From the NCBI GenBank assembly GCA_965644265.1, contig OZ286462.1, positions 15,314,001-15,378,000 of the forward strand: a DNA stretch of 64,000 nucleotides. Direction: 5' to 3'. This document shows, piece by piece, positions 48,413 to 62,402 of this stretch. The first letter of the stretch is position 1. The number at the start of each line of letters is the position of its first letter. The position numbers were made by a program, and so were the translations under genes. Under the pieces are notes generated by a model. That model worked only from the letters and a program-made list of their open reading frames with translations. It was not told where the DNA came from and searched no databases. Origin of the DNA: Glycera tridactyla (lineage: Eukaryota).

Positions 48413-50904
48413 CTTGAAAATGCCTACTCAAGAAATACTTGCATAAATATTCGCAACGGCTCTAGTATAGAATCCTGGATGGATATACGGAATATCGAAA
48501 CTGGTTAACATGTCTCGTGAATGAACTCTTCAACAAAAATGAATGGCAATTTTTAGACGTGTTGGTGAACCAGATTCGATGAGTTGACATTGAGTGACAA
48601 GTTTTGAAATTATGGGGAGAATTTCAATCATTTGGCAAATTCAGATACCAGTGTTTCACCAATGTATGTGATTGATTTCATGATGGATGAAGGTGTATAT
48701 TGCAAAATCTTTGAGCCATCTTCGATCTTGAAAATCCAAATCAGACTAGATACTGTTCCTATACACATGACCAATATGAAATGAAAACTACAGATCTGAC
48801 CAAGTGTGTATCTACCATCTCTCGAGGTGTGAATAAGTACGGACACATTTCTGAATTTATATGGGGGTTCTGGTTCGACTTAATCTCATAGATAACACCT
48901 GCCAATAACTATACATGGTTACGCAAATCGTAATCTTGTACACATCTTTTTCGGATTTGACAAAATGATGTTGAGTCTTGGTCTCACATCAGCAAAATTA
49001 AAAATCATTGCTTCAGATTAATTCCGGTAGGTGTCATCCTCACTCTGCCTGATGTAAACAATGAATGGCCGTGGTCAATGACCTCTCCGAAGCCGCCATC
49101 GTGCTGACCGGGGTTTTGATATGCCAATCATAGAAATTGCTTTCCATAATGATTGGCATATCAAATATGATATCGCAATAATCAACTGTATCCATGATCC
49201 ACTCATGACAACACTCCATTTGATCGAATATAATTGACTTCTTCTTAATGATATCAACTTCGTCTTGATGGTTTTCGGTGAGCTTCAACGACATACCTTG
49301 ATCTCAAGCGCACGTGCTGATTGAGTCTTCAGGCGCAGCCATCAGATAGAGCTGAAATAGAGAGGGAAAGAGGACCGGAGAGAGATGGAGAGAGATAGAT
49401 GGAGAAAGAGACGCATAGATGACTCAAATACGGAGTCAGAGATGGGGAGATGGAGAGAGAAGGAGTGAGGTGGGGAATCAGAGGGTATTTGAAAAAGAGG
49501 GGAGCGACGAGGAAATGGGGGGGGGGGGGAGACATGGAACGGGAAAGCGTCTGGGAGACGGCGCGGGATGATATTTCCAGATAGATAGCAGGCATCAATT
49601 ATGCACTGAAAAATATGCAAACAGAGGCGGCCCGCTACACTCATCGCATGGTTATATACTTTTTCCAAGATATTATCTCAAACTTCCCTTTTATTCTCCT
49701 TTATAGTGAATAGTCGAAAATGTCTCGGTGAGTTCTGTCTATTTTCGGTAGTACAGCATTCCCCAGCCTTGCATGTCCTCTCCAGCAAGATGCATATCAG
49801 CATGAGGATCGAATTGAGCATCAATGGCACTTCAATATAGTTGGAAATGTGCCCATTCGGATGAATTTTCCCAAAACGAAGATCGGTCTTAAAACTACAG
49901 CTACCTTCGATTCATCCGATTTAGTCCTTATCTTATGATAGGAGCATTAACCGAACCTGCTCAAGAAATCACAAAGGCCACCTGCCTACTAGAAACCCCA
50001 CTGAAATCTAATCACGATCGTTTCTTCAACAGAATAGAATCACTTCACGAAGGCTAGCTGTGTACAAAAAACAACTCTTGGATGTGGCCGAGGGTGGTCT
50101 CTGTAAATAGACTCGACTGAGTCACTGTCAATGGCGCTCATTGTCTCGCTCATCCACATCCTTTATGATGCTGATTCTGGCGGATACTTCCATCGAGTAT
50201 TTGTCAATATGAGATTCGAGTAGATTTGCTGTTATAATTCTCAAACACATGGCACGGAATCTCACCGCTTCAATTCGGAGTCACTCAGTGAAGGTTTAGC
50301 CAGTAACCGCAAATCAGTGTGAGATGCATCTTGCCAAATGCTTAGCTGTCTGCATGCTTTGCACCCTTCCAAAACCCTTCATGAAGTTGGTCATTAGGGT
50401 TGGATGAAATAAATATAATTCAGCCTTTAAAAATCATTATATACAGTGTGTTTGGATAGGAGCGGGCTCTTCACGAGCTGACGAAGGCGGGATTTGGTGG
50501 TCCTTTCACTGAAGATGTGGTAGCAAATGCATGACTGTGACACCTGACATGCAGCGAAAAAAAAGGATTTTGGTTCTGATTACATGGTTGCACTTGTAGC
50601 AATAGATTCTGGTCCGTTTCACTAAGTGTATAGATGGACTCCTATAGTTACCCAGACAACTAACGTCATCTTCAGTAAGACAGGCACCTTGGTTGTGCTG
50701 TGACATCACAAAGCGACGATACAAATGTAAGAAATGCATGTTAGACCTAATTCCATCATCATTTATTAGAGTAGAATACACTCTTTATCCTTGACTACTC
50801 ACGCCTAAATATTTTCCATTTCTCAGAGTATACAATCACAATCACATAGTCACGATCATGAGATGAGCACTCTACGTCCACCACCTTCACCTGTAGTTAA
50901 TCAG

Positions 50905-53200
50905 ATACAGATATAGATACAGATACAGAATTTTGCATTGCATAAGATATTATACATGGATGGTATTTACAAAGGACCCTAACGGGTTTTATATATGCTT
51001 ATGCAAACAAGTACAAATTGGTACACATGAGAACAATAACAACTGTTTTTTAAGTCAGTATTTACACTATCATACACTCTTTCATTCACACATCCACTCT
51101 TTTACACTTGTGTATATCATGCTTGGTCAGAAAAACAGTAGAATATGTAATAACCATCATATTATAGTGCCATGAGAATACAAATGCAAATACAAGTAAA
51201 TATCGGGTGCCCAGTAAGGGTTATTCCCGTTGTACATAATTAAAAGCAGTGTCTGAAACAGTAGTTTAAGCAGAATATGGACACATGGCTATTGACACAT
51301 CTTCACCACTGATCATATGAGGTAGGAGATGTATAGGTATGTACAAGTGATGAACAATCACTCGGGTGCCCAATTGGGGTTGCTCAGGCATGAAAAAAAA
51401 ATGTTAGTATGCAACTGATCATATAAGATAGGAGATACACTGGTATGGACACGTGATGACCGATTATTGAGTGCCCAATTAGGGTTGTTCCCAGAGTAAG
51501 AAGAACTCTTCAATCAACATGCGCAGTATGTTAGTACCACATGATCATTGTCAAGTTCTCACCAATTTCTTTAGACTCGACATCGAGTCACATGTTCTGA
51601 CTTCGGGTCTAGCACAATTCCAGTAGGACACACCCCTTACAAGGAAGTTTCTATCACTGAACTTAAGATGCGAATGCGGTTTTATCAAAAGTTTGTTCTG
51701 TATGATCTTGCCATTTGCTCTAGTCAGAGGTCCGGAAATTCTTGGCGTTGCCCACTTGAAAAAGTCTGGGTATAGTACCTTCCCATTGGTAATCATACGA
51801 AACACTTCTATGATTGTATTCTGATGTCGTGAGTCAGCAAGATAGGGAATATTGAGCGTATCATGAAGAGATCCAGCAGAGTAATCCCAGCTTTTTTGAC
51901 AGATGACGCTCAGACATCTGTTTTGGGATACTTGAAGGCGTCCACTGAGGGTGGCAGAGCATGAGTCATAAACATAGTCCAAGTAAGTTAAAAGGGGATC
52001 GATAAGGCTTTTTTATAAGAATACCGCAGTATCTTTGCTGATTGAGGGTCTTAAATAATACAACGCTCTTCGACGAAAATCAACTTTCCTTATCAAATAC
52101 TCAATATGATCTTTAAATGTCAGGGTGGGGTCCCTCTGTACTCCCAGGTATTTATGTTTAGATGTTTGTACAACACACTGGTCGTTATACGATACTCAAA
52201 GCGGTCTACATCTGCGTAGCCATTGCTCGGTGCCGAAAAACATTGTGTTCGATTTGCTCGAATTCAGTGTCAATTTCATACGCCTGAACCAGTTGGATAT
52301 CAGAGCCAGGTCAAAATTTAATTCAGCTTCAATATCATCAACACAATTACCTCTTGCCAAGAGGGCTGTGTCATCAGCGTACAAAAAAGGGGTTGTATGG
52401 TCTAGACAATCGTTGATACTATTAACATAAAGAATGAATAGTAAGGGGCCCAGGATGGACCCCTCGGGCACCCCACACTCAATGGGTAGCTGCGAAGAGA
52501 TTATCCTGATTTTCGTTGCCTGAGTCCGCCCTGACAAATATGACTTAATCCATGCCAGACTGCTCTCATCAAAACCAAAGTGTTCCAACTCTTTAATTAA
52601 CAAGTCATGATCCACAGTGTCAAAGGCTTTTTTCAGGTCCAGGAAGAGGACTCCACTGGCCCTACCTTCATCGGCTCCCTGGTAGATCTTATCCGGGAGA
52701 CCCACAAGACAGCTGCCAGTGGAGAACCCCTTCCTGAACCCGAATTGAGCCATATTCAAGAGATTGTGTCTATCTATATATTTGGTTATCTGTACATGCA
52801 CCACTTTCTCAACAAGTTTCCCTAACACAGGCAACAGTGATATTGGTCAGAAGTTACCGAACCCTCTGGCCGACCCGCCCTTGTGAATAATGGTTACAAG
52901 TGCCTCTTTCCAGCTGCTCGGGGACTTGTTTGACATGACGGATAGATGAAAAATATAATCTAGGATTGGGCTTATAACAACTGCTGAGACTTTCAGGAAA
53001 TAGCTTGTGATCTCATCAACACCCGACGCTGAGGAGTTGCTGAGTTCCATAATATATTCCCTGATATCAGAAGGTGAGACATCACATAGAGTAAAATGGC
53101 TGTCAAAATTTGGGACATTCCGTGATTCTACAGTTTCAGGTTCAACAATCAGCCATCCGAGTAGATTGATAAAGGCGGGAGTACTTTTGAACATCCCTGA
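50905..53200 (-). mobile_element. 5'-truncated CR1/L2-type LINE (RT and C-terminus, probable 3' UTR and (TGTATC)n tail)
   Basis: WKEALVTIIHKGG, QFGFRKGFST, FLDLKKAFDTVDH, GVPEGSILGP, YADD and RGVSYWN (51551-53194). The extension to 50905 is inferred from the tail-like microsatellite and is less certain. Confidence 0.9.
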
Positions 53201-54027
53201 TACAGAAATTAAAGCAATTGAACCATATCAGGTAATAGGGATCTGTTTAATAAGGTGCAGGTATAGAGGTGAACCACCGACCTTCATCAAATTCCGTATC
53301 CCATTGCAGAATAGCGCATTCTCTCACATGTTGGTTGTTTGCCTGATGACTCGTGAGCATCAGTTGGGCTATATTGAAACATCTTTACAATTTGTCTCAG
53401 TAAAATCATGCGATGAGCACCAGCCATGGTATCTCGAGACGTCCATGCTGTGATGTCATTAATGTAGGGTGAAATGATATCGGAATCACAGACATCTCGC
53501 TGTGATGTCATGTAATGAGCCATCTCGGTCGCCATAACTAATTGCATACCTGTCTAATAATCAAGACACTGCAGCGATACCACCTAATCACTCAACATAT
53601 TACATTCACTGTGAATACACGCCTCTCTGAACTGACAGACCAATTGGCGAGCTGGTCGGACCGATAAACAGGCAGAACGCTAGACCAGTGGACTGGTGAG
53701 CGACCCTGTTGGCTTCCAGAGGACTTTAAAAGGCTGGAGACAGGCTTCAGAAATTTCTCATTTGTTTGCTTAATGTGTATCCATATCAGAAACATTCCAC
53801 AACTGCTCCTGATTATATAATCTCCACTCATAGCATGGTTCCGCCATAGCTCCTCGCATGCCATTAACACATTCAAGGACACTGCAGCGATGCAAGCCTG
53901 ATCATTCCGCATACTACATCCACAGGAACTACACGGTTCTTATAAGACCCCAAAGGCTGGAAAATTCCCCAGACAGACAGACAGACATGTGAACGGACAT
54001 ACGGGCGGACGAACGGACGGACGGACG

Positions 54028-54143
54028 GATGTCAGTGAGTAAGTCAGTGAGTAAGCGTGATGGGGAAGAGAGAGGGGGGGGGGAGGAAGACAGAGTGAAT
54101 GATAAAGAGGGGGGGGGGGTGCGTAAAGAGCAAGCAACTGAGC
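54028..54143 (+). repeat. Inverted copy of the ASB exon-3 donor and intron start (19329-19425)
   Basis: atgtcagtgagtaagcgtgatggggaagagaga...taaagagcaagcaactgagc is present at both loci. Confidence 0.85.
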
Positions 54144-57100
54144 NNNNNNNNNNNNNNNNNNNNNNNNNNNNNNNNNNNNNNNNNNNNNNNNNNNNNNNNN
54201 NNNNNNNNNNNNNNNNNNNNNNNNNNNNNNNNNNNNNNNNNNNNNNNNNNNNNNNNNNNNNNNNNNNNNNNNNNNNNNNNNNNNNNNNNNNNNNNNNNNN
54301 NNNNNNNNNNNNNNNNNNNNNNNNNNNNNNNNNNNNNNNNNNNNNNNNNNNNNNNNNNNNNNNNNNNNNNNNNNNNNNNNNNAGATGGGCATACAGGCGG
54401 ACGAAGAAAATAGATGGGTTCACAGACAAAATTGCGTAGAGAACGACCTCACAGCTATGGTAAAAGAATTACTGTGTTGAACACTGTTGTCGATTGGATT
54501 AGAATCGATTCAATGTGGCAAATACCAGCAAATCTGCTTAAAGACAATTAGAATATCGATCGTTCATCCTCCACACCATCTCTCATCCCGACGGCCCCCC
54601 TGTATAAGTGAAGTATTCTCAGAAAGTGAAATTTCATCTTGTTTCGAGTCCTGCATATAGTTAAGAAGCAGTGTCAGGTCTGAGAGTCAACTTCGAGCTG
54701 TTAGAGAAATTAAGAACATTATTTCAAGGTTCATCATGTAGGTAGAAGTGTATCAGAAACGTCGGACACTTCCAGATCGGACGCTTCATTTGTGTTTAGG
54801 GTGCGCGGGAATGAAACTAGCGTGATATCGTAACATCCATCTCCCCTTGATCTGCAGACACTCAGAATATACCTTCTTTCTGAATGATTCTTGAAGTTTA
54901 CTGCAATAAAACATCCACCTTCCACGTGGGACTGATTCATAGATTGAAACGAGGGCAGTGGTTGTCTCAATGTACCCCTAGGCTAACCATACATAGGACT
55001 GATGTTTGTTGAACTCATATTAAAGATGATGGGTGCATCTCACATATTGTGATGATCTCCCTTTATGATCATACCATTGCTCTCGTTCTATTGGATTACA
55101 TACGACAAATCTGCTGATACATTTGGTTGCTCTCAGTGTTTGGAACGACAGATACATGGCCGCATGGTTCATGACAACGGATTCGAATGATTACACAGCC
55201 AAAAGACTGACCAACCACCTGTCATGTTCGGAGTGCACATTCAAAAGCTTATTGTGACATACTGAAGATAATAATCCCGGTTGTCTTTTTACCACTTAGC
55301 TATGAGCCATTTTTTTTCAGAGATGCACCCTCTCGGCAGCAACATAGACAACGGACACATATTGAATACATAGAAAATACAACAGTTTCATCGCAGAGGT
55401 AAACCTTCATGGACGTGACCCTCATACCTCAAATCCTTTCCTAGAAAATTAAAATCTGCAACTATTTCTATATGCAGGACTGGTGATTTTTCTCTACAGT
55501 CAAACTTCTGAGTAATTTGATTCTGGACTCGATTGCTGATACTGAAGCTCCATATGATGTTGTTTCTATGCCTTTTTCAATTATAGTGATGTGTCTAAAC
55601 ACCTAAACCTCCACACTCCCATTCTGTATTTCGCACCAAACTCAACCCGGTCATTCGACCATATATAAGACATACACAATAAATACTTTTGAGTTAGAGG
55701 AGCTTGTTTTGTATCGTATGTATGTTATTCTATTCTGACATAAAAGCGACAATCATACTGGGTTCCTTCAGCTTCTTCTGTGTGGAGGACGGATATAAAC
55801 TCATGTCATGGATAAGATGGTAAGAGTCAGGATCCGGTTCATCGGAGGGAATGGGGAGTTGGGTTGGGTAGTGTGCGGTAAGGTATGGTAGGGAGTAGAA
55901 TACGGTCGGAATGACGAGGTGGTCGGTATGGTTGGGTAGGTTACCGTAAGTAGGGCGGGGTAGGGTGAAGTAGACTAAGGTAGGGTGTGGTACGGTACGG
56001 TTGGTAAGGTAAATAGGGTCGGGTAAGATGAGGTAGAAAAACGTGGAGAACAGTAGGGTAGGTTAGGATAGGGAAGGGTGTACGGTATCGCGGGTGTTTA
56101 CTCGAGTAGCTCTATATCTAATGTGTGAAATATATTCAACATGGCTACCTTCGAACACGCAGTTTACGAGAGTAGGACTGGAACCAGAATGCCCCTTCAG
56201 AACTTATTCGGCCTGGTCACATTTTTTCCCTGTTTCCATTTTGCTGGGTTGATCTGACCATGTGTATCTCCAATTACAGCTGAACATTTACACTTGAAAC
56301 GATTTTACTTCAACTGCCACTATCTCAATATCCAAGACGCATCTAATCGATTGAGTTGATGAATGCCAAAAGTATCTCTCAAACTACGTTCTTCAGGTCT
56401 GGGTTAGCACTAGTAACAGGTGAATTTCGTAGTGTATACGTAGGCTACGTATCAGGAGGGCTGGGTTCTACAGGAGATCATTAATCATGGGGGAGATTGG
56501 CAATATCTGCCCTGTCGCGTGTGGATTGCTTTATACACAGACCATGTAGCGGATTACACGAGAGATGGACAACCGACCCACACCAGGATGGGGTCGATGC
56601 AGTACAAAATCCTTCATGGCGTATATGAATATTTGCTCAGGTGGTCATGATTGTTATCGTTCCCATCAGAGAGAAAGTGTACTTGGCTCAGCTGATTAAT
56701 GCCACAGAAGGGCAGTAGGATGATAGGTGTGACCAGTGAAATATGCTGCATGGCTGGAATATTAGGGGATTGGAAGCCCAATATGCTTCATCTCGCGGTC
56801 AATGTCATTGACCTCTCTGACATATATTGGTACGAACCTAGTAGATATCTTTTTGAAGAATGCCCACTTGTGTCTAACTTAGATCATATTTTCTGTGAGA
56901 GCCAAGAAGGTCAGGGAGTGATTCAATCCATATCATTTCACCTCCACAAAAGGACAGAAAACATGAGTCTTGAGAGACTAAACTCAGGTCATTTTACCTC
57001 CCCTCAAAGACCACAAAAATCCGACTCTACTCGTATTCTTTCACCATCATTCACGGACCATTTCCCTTTTGAGAGAAGCTCATAAAGTAAGGACCATAAT

Positions 57101-57743
57101 GGGCGGGTCTCGATTGGTTCCATTCAAATCAAATCTTTTCACCTCCACGTATTGAAGAAGAGGGCCAGAATGAGGAAATGCCAAGTTGAATCTTTTCAAC
57201 CCCATTTGAGATCCAACAAGGCCAGATATCAGGTATCATGTCGATTGATATTATGCAGATAGCAAGGACTTCTCAATATAGCTCAGTCATTTCTCTTATC
57301 AACAAACTACCTTGCCAACCAACCGATAATTATTTAATACCATCTCGTCCATCTCCTCTAGTCTGGGGGGGGGGATGGCTTGAGCCCTACTCAATCAAAC
57401 AGTCATGCATAAGTTGATGTCATAAAAGTGAGATATTCTAACTGATGATTGATAATCAATCACCCAGAATGATCGATCATGTTATCACTCGTTTGCTCAT
57501 GATACGAGATTGAACCAGAGGGTCTGTATCACCGTTATGCGAGTGTGATATTCCTTCGAATCAAATCAAACATAAATTGATAGGTCGGTCTCAAAATGGA
57601 TGATTGACATTTCTTATCAAATTCTGTCCAAGAATACCATCTCTTCCCACTGTGATGACAATGGACTTTTTGATAGATTCTAATGACCCTGTGTGAGAGA
57701 CCATCTCCATACAAAATCGATGATGATGAAAATATTCGTTGGT

Positions 57744-57843
57744 GTGAAATCCTCTCCATAAGGGCCACTCGCCCATGAATGGTAGCTCACAAAGACAAGT
57801 CAAAGGCGCAAACAGCGATGGCTTTTGTAGACAGGTTGGACTG
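57744..57843. mobile_element. Degenerate pogo-like MITE copy
   Basis: Right TIR gtagacaggttggactg|TA; left end decayed (gtgaaatcctctccataagggccac). Confidence 0.5.
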
Positions 57844-60800
57844 TAAACATTGTGATGCTTTACACATTTGAGTGTACTTCACGAACTTTACAATTCGATC
57901 TCCCATTTGCCATCAAAATATAGCAATAACTTATGGAAAACTGATGCTTGGAGTGTCCGTGGTGAGGTTTTATTTCGATAACAGATTGCACCCACTGGAC
58001 TTGGGCATTCAGGCGGTGATATCATTGACATTTTACATTACTCAGTGGTATAGTAGGTTGTTTCCAAGTACTCCACCGACGCCCATTCAAGAAACTTGCG
58101 CCGACTAAGCGGTCGGTCGTCAAGGCTATCTCACTTTTGATTACTCATTTCTTGCAAGAAGCCTCTTGACACTTGCTGCATACCAAGATTTTGCCATGAA
58201 GAACAGGATAATGAAGGATAAAGACGTTGCATGATGCATGAATTTTCATACTCATGATACTATATGAGCTCTGAAAAAATGTTCATTCCAGCTGACAGGA
58301 AAGCCATGAAAGACTGAACTACCAAACTTCCCTTTTTCAAAACAGTATACAATGCTGCGGGAAAGACAGTATTCATTTCCACAATTAAGATATTGATGTT
58401 GATGTTGACCTCAAAGTATTAGTCAAATCCATGATTCTTTCTACCATTGTCTTTCACACAATTCTATCCAAAACATTTTCTGGTATGACAACATACCATA
58501 ATTCATAACATGTTGCCTTCTTTGAAGGAGTCTTGAAGGACTCTTGAAGGTACGATTCATGTCTGACGCCTGAGTCTCTCAAAATGGTTGATGCTCACAG
58601 GGATGGCCAACAATCAAACAGACATTCACATTCCATTGCCTATCCTCACAAATGTCATGAGTCTGGCTCAATCGCTCAACATAAGCAGTGATGTAGGAAT
58701 GAATCATTTCTTCACATTGCTCAATAACTCCATGAATACTGGACAACAAATGTTTGAATATTCCACCGAACGGAGAACGCTCATCGGCATATTTTCAGCA
58801 TCATGTTTGTAGGCATTAGCCATTTTTTTTCAATTTGTCCATCATTGAAGCAATGGTCATGCTTGATGATAGTATATTTTCGGAGTGGTTGTCCGAGACT
58901 ATGGCTGTTGTACATGGCTGCATCTGCTATGTCTGAGGCCAGGTATTCGATAAAAGCGGTAGGCATTTTTCTAGTTTTGGTGCCGATGGTTCCTGTGTGT
59001 TTGTTCCTCTGTTGTCATAGGTATCTTTGTTGTGATCGATCACTCTGAGGACTTTCGAATGTCCTAATCAATCGTCCATCTAGTCAGATTTACCTGAAGT
59101 GTGCACCGAACTTGATTGATGGTGTGATGAGAATCGTTTATTCAAGCTTAGCCAAAGATTTATGTCTGGAGGAGTGAATCAATTCTCGAATTTATTTTCG
59201 GGAAAATTGTGAAAGTGTTCAAAATATATAACTTGATAAGCACTAGTGAGAAATCTTCTACTGGTGTACTTCATTGCCACCGTTTGTAAAAGATATATTA
59301 TTGATGTCTGTGATGGCTACCTTTTGTGAAAAAAGTTAATGGCTGGAAGTGAGAATAACACTGGCTGGAGGGGAGGGCAATTCTGTTGATGAATTGCTGA
59401 CAGAAAGGCTTTCAGAAAACAGATCCAGATCCTTTTTAATTGCATTATGATTGCGAATAGATCCGCCAGTCACCATTTGTTCTCACGTTTACATCTCATG
59501 GATCAGCTTCCAGCATTCATCAACATGCGTCGGCATGGGCTCTTCATCAAAAAGGAGGTGAAGGACGGTCACTTAATTTCGATTCTATGGTCAAAACATC
59601 ACAACTGATTCGTGACTTGGTTCCATATTCAGAGATTGTGGTCATCACTGGACTCGTCTTTCAGACGAGATCAACGCTTCAATAAATCATGAAAATAATC
59701 TGGCTCATCGAATAGTCTGGTTATGAAACTTTTCGCTGCCTGAATATGTCTCGTAGCAGAATCTCTCCGTAACACAATCTTTTTAATCACGAATTTCAAC
59801 GCAAATTGGGAGTCAGCACTAGGCGCTCTTCTGCTCTCAGCAGTCGTACCTCGCAACAGGCTTCACTTCACAGACAGGAATTTCCAGCTGAGAGGAGCCA
59901 GCTACTGAAATGCTGCCGGACCAGAAATCTGATTGGACAAATATACATTTTCTTTTTTGTCATTTAAATCATGCATATTTTATTGTCTGTGATGTTCTCT
60001 CAGTGGCATTAGCCTTTGAATGTTGGAACTGTATGCCCTCTTGGTCACGCATATCTTTGACCAAATCATTGGTCATGTACTTCTTGGTCTCTCATATGAT
60101 CCGCCCGAACACCACCATGTACCTGGTACTATGTAAAATCGGTGTGATTATTCTTGAGTGGAAATTTTGCGAGGGGTTATTCCGATGAAGCACACTAATG
60201 ACACAATCCGTCATTTACTGTGTATTTTCTGTGTGGTTAGTTCGTGTGATAAGTTGTAACCGACTTAGAACCACACTTATGGCTCATATATGCTCTGGTC
60301 ATACACAACTACCCTACAACTAGTTAGGCAGGATTTCTACCTGTACCTGATCCAATCGATACAAAGGTCCAGTCCTTGTTATTGATTGATATGCACTTAT
60401 TATTATCTCACATTTTCTTTTCGGCCAAATTATTTTGTAATATTGTGGTGTTATTGTTTGTCTGTCTCTCATACCATTCTTGTGTATATCTCTGATCCCA
60501 TGATTGATTGTATCAATTGTGTGCTGAATATATGGCTGTCCTCATCTCGGAAAGGAACATGGTATTCGTGCCAAACTGTTGATATAAAATCGAAATCAGA
60601 TCAAATCAGAATCACATCAATTGATTGCCATCACTATCTTCCGGAGAATGCTGATGTGGCAGCTGATTTATTTCCATCACCAACTTCTTCTGAACCAGAA
60701 CCAAGAATGGTTGAAATATGTCGCAGATTTTTGATATACACCAACTACAGGTTGAGCATTCAAACTCAGATTGAATTTGATTGAGTGGCATCTACAGCTT

Positions 60801-62307
60801 TTCGGGAGATTGGAATCTGGTTAACTGGAGGATGACATCGATCGACTCATGAAAGCTGAACAGCCACAAAAGTTGGTTGTTATTCGCGCTCATATTTCTG
60901 TGATGGCTCTTGTATAATTACGATTGTCTTTATTGTATTTCAGGTTCAACTACAATACCAAGTTACGATGCCTGTGGGAATCAGCCAAAAGATGACGTGT
61001 GAATGTGGACGCTTCACTGGCTCACGGGTGAACAGGCGAATGATGAGTTTGGAATGTGAGCGAAGGCCGATGTTGGTGCCTCCTTGGGTGAAAAGTTACA
61101 ACTAGTTACCAGAGTCCTGTGCAATGTTACTGTGCATAACAAATGCAATGCATGAATAGTTAAATACTTGGAAGTTTCATCTTTGAGAATGAGAACAATT
61201 ATCACGTTTTTCTATTTTCCGAGCTCTTCTATCATACGCAAATTCACAAAATCTTTTAAGGACCAAGCACTCTTCAACTGTTTGGAAATTGCGCTGATTT
61301 TTCATCTGTCCCTGTACCCCAGGATGCAAGTTGGATGTTCATTGTTGCACCAAGAACTATATAATGACAATGAATCCAGTGTGCACTATATGATGAGCTG
61401 GAAAAGTGGAGTCACCTGGTTATCAACTGAACAGGTTTGTTTAAAATAGAGGGCGAGTTTCGAGCTGGGATATGTGGCACAGATGGACGGGATCCATCCA
61501 TTACTGGAGATCACATGGACACATAGAAGGCAACGCTGATCTGGGTCATGCAGGAGAAAGCTCTGTACTTCAGCGCTCCAGTGTGCCCGACTATGAATGA
61601 GACGAGGCTATGGGCAATGATGACTGGTGAAGGTTGCCCAATTCGATGCAGTCAGCTTTGTGTCTATGGCCATATACTGCAAGGGGAAATGATGCAGTCA
61701 CAAGTTTGGACAGGTTTGCCAAGAAATTTATTTGTGAAGTCAGGTGAACTTGGTGAAGCTATCAGACTTTGGCCCACTAGATCTGCATTTTTCCCATCTG
61801 TTTATTCATAATCTTCATCATTAGAAAGTACCTAATCACACAGATCACAATACAACCTGTGAGTTCCTCTTCAAATTCCAACTTCGGGAGCTCGAATGAA
61901 AGTACGCCGGAACATACGTGATAGATATATGTCAAACACTTTCAGACTGGCTGCATATATTTCGTTGTTTCCCCGCTCAGAAATGCGTCTGTGATGTATT
62001 CATTAGATCTCCTACTCCCCTGTCAGATATGGCTCATACATTTCTGAATGATAGTGATCGAAGTATTGTGAACACGATGCATGGTCACAATATACCGACG
62101 AGATTTCATTCAATATATGATGTCGGAACAAATTCAAAGGGTCAGCGTTGCTGACAGGGGATAGGTCATTATGTTATCCCGACCTCCTTTGCGTTTCACC
62201 CAGTTCTAACTTCTAACTTTTCCCCCTTGCAAATCGCATCGTTGCTTGAATTATGGATTCACTCTAACAACTATCGGCACCGGGCGTGGATATTTCTTTT
62301 CATATAG

Positions 62308-62402
62308 TGTCACTGCCTTCGCAGCGAACGTGGATTGAACGCGAGCTGCAAGAACTGCGTAACGTGCGTTTGAAATGGGTACAACATACAGTCGGATGGT
62401 AG
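62308..62402 (+). CDS. Candidate terminal coding exon of the iGluR (VSLPSQRTWIERELQELRNVRLKWVQHTVGW*)
   Basis: atttcttttcatatag|TG acceptor, phase-1 compatible with the 48389 donor. CpG-rich like the other exons and reads as an amphipathic helix. No homology support available. Confidence 0.4.

Noticed and set aside
56699-61811. Plus-strand ORFs 56699-57085, 60386-60784 and 61548-61811 as extra receptor exons
   Set aside because: No recognisable motifs or convincing phase-compatible splice pairs.
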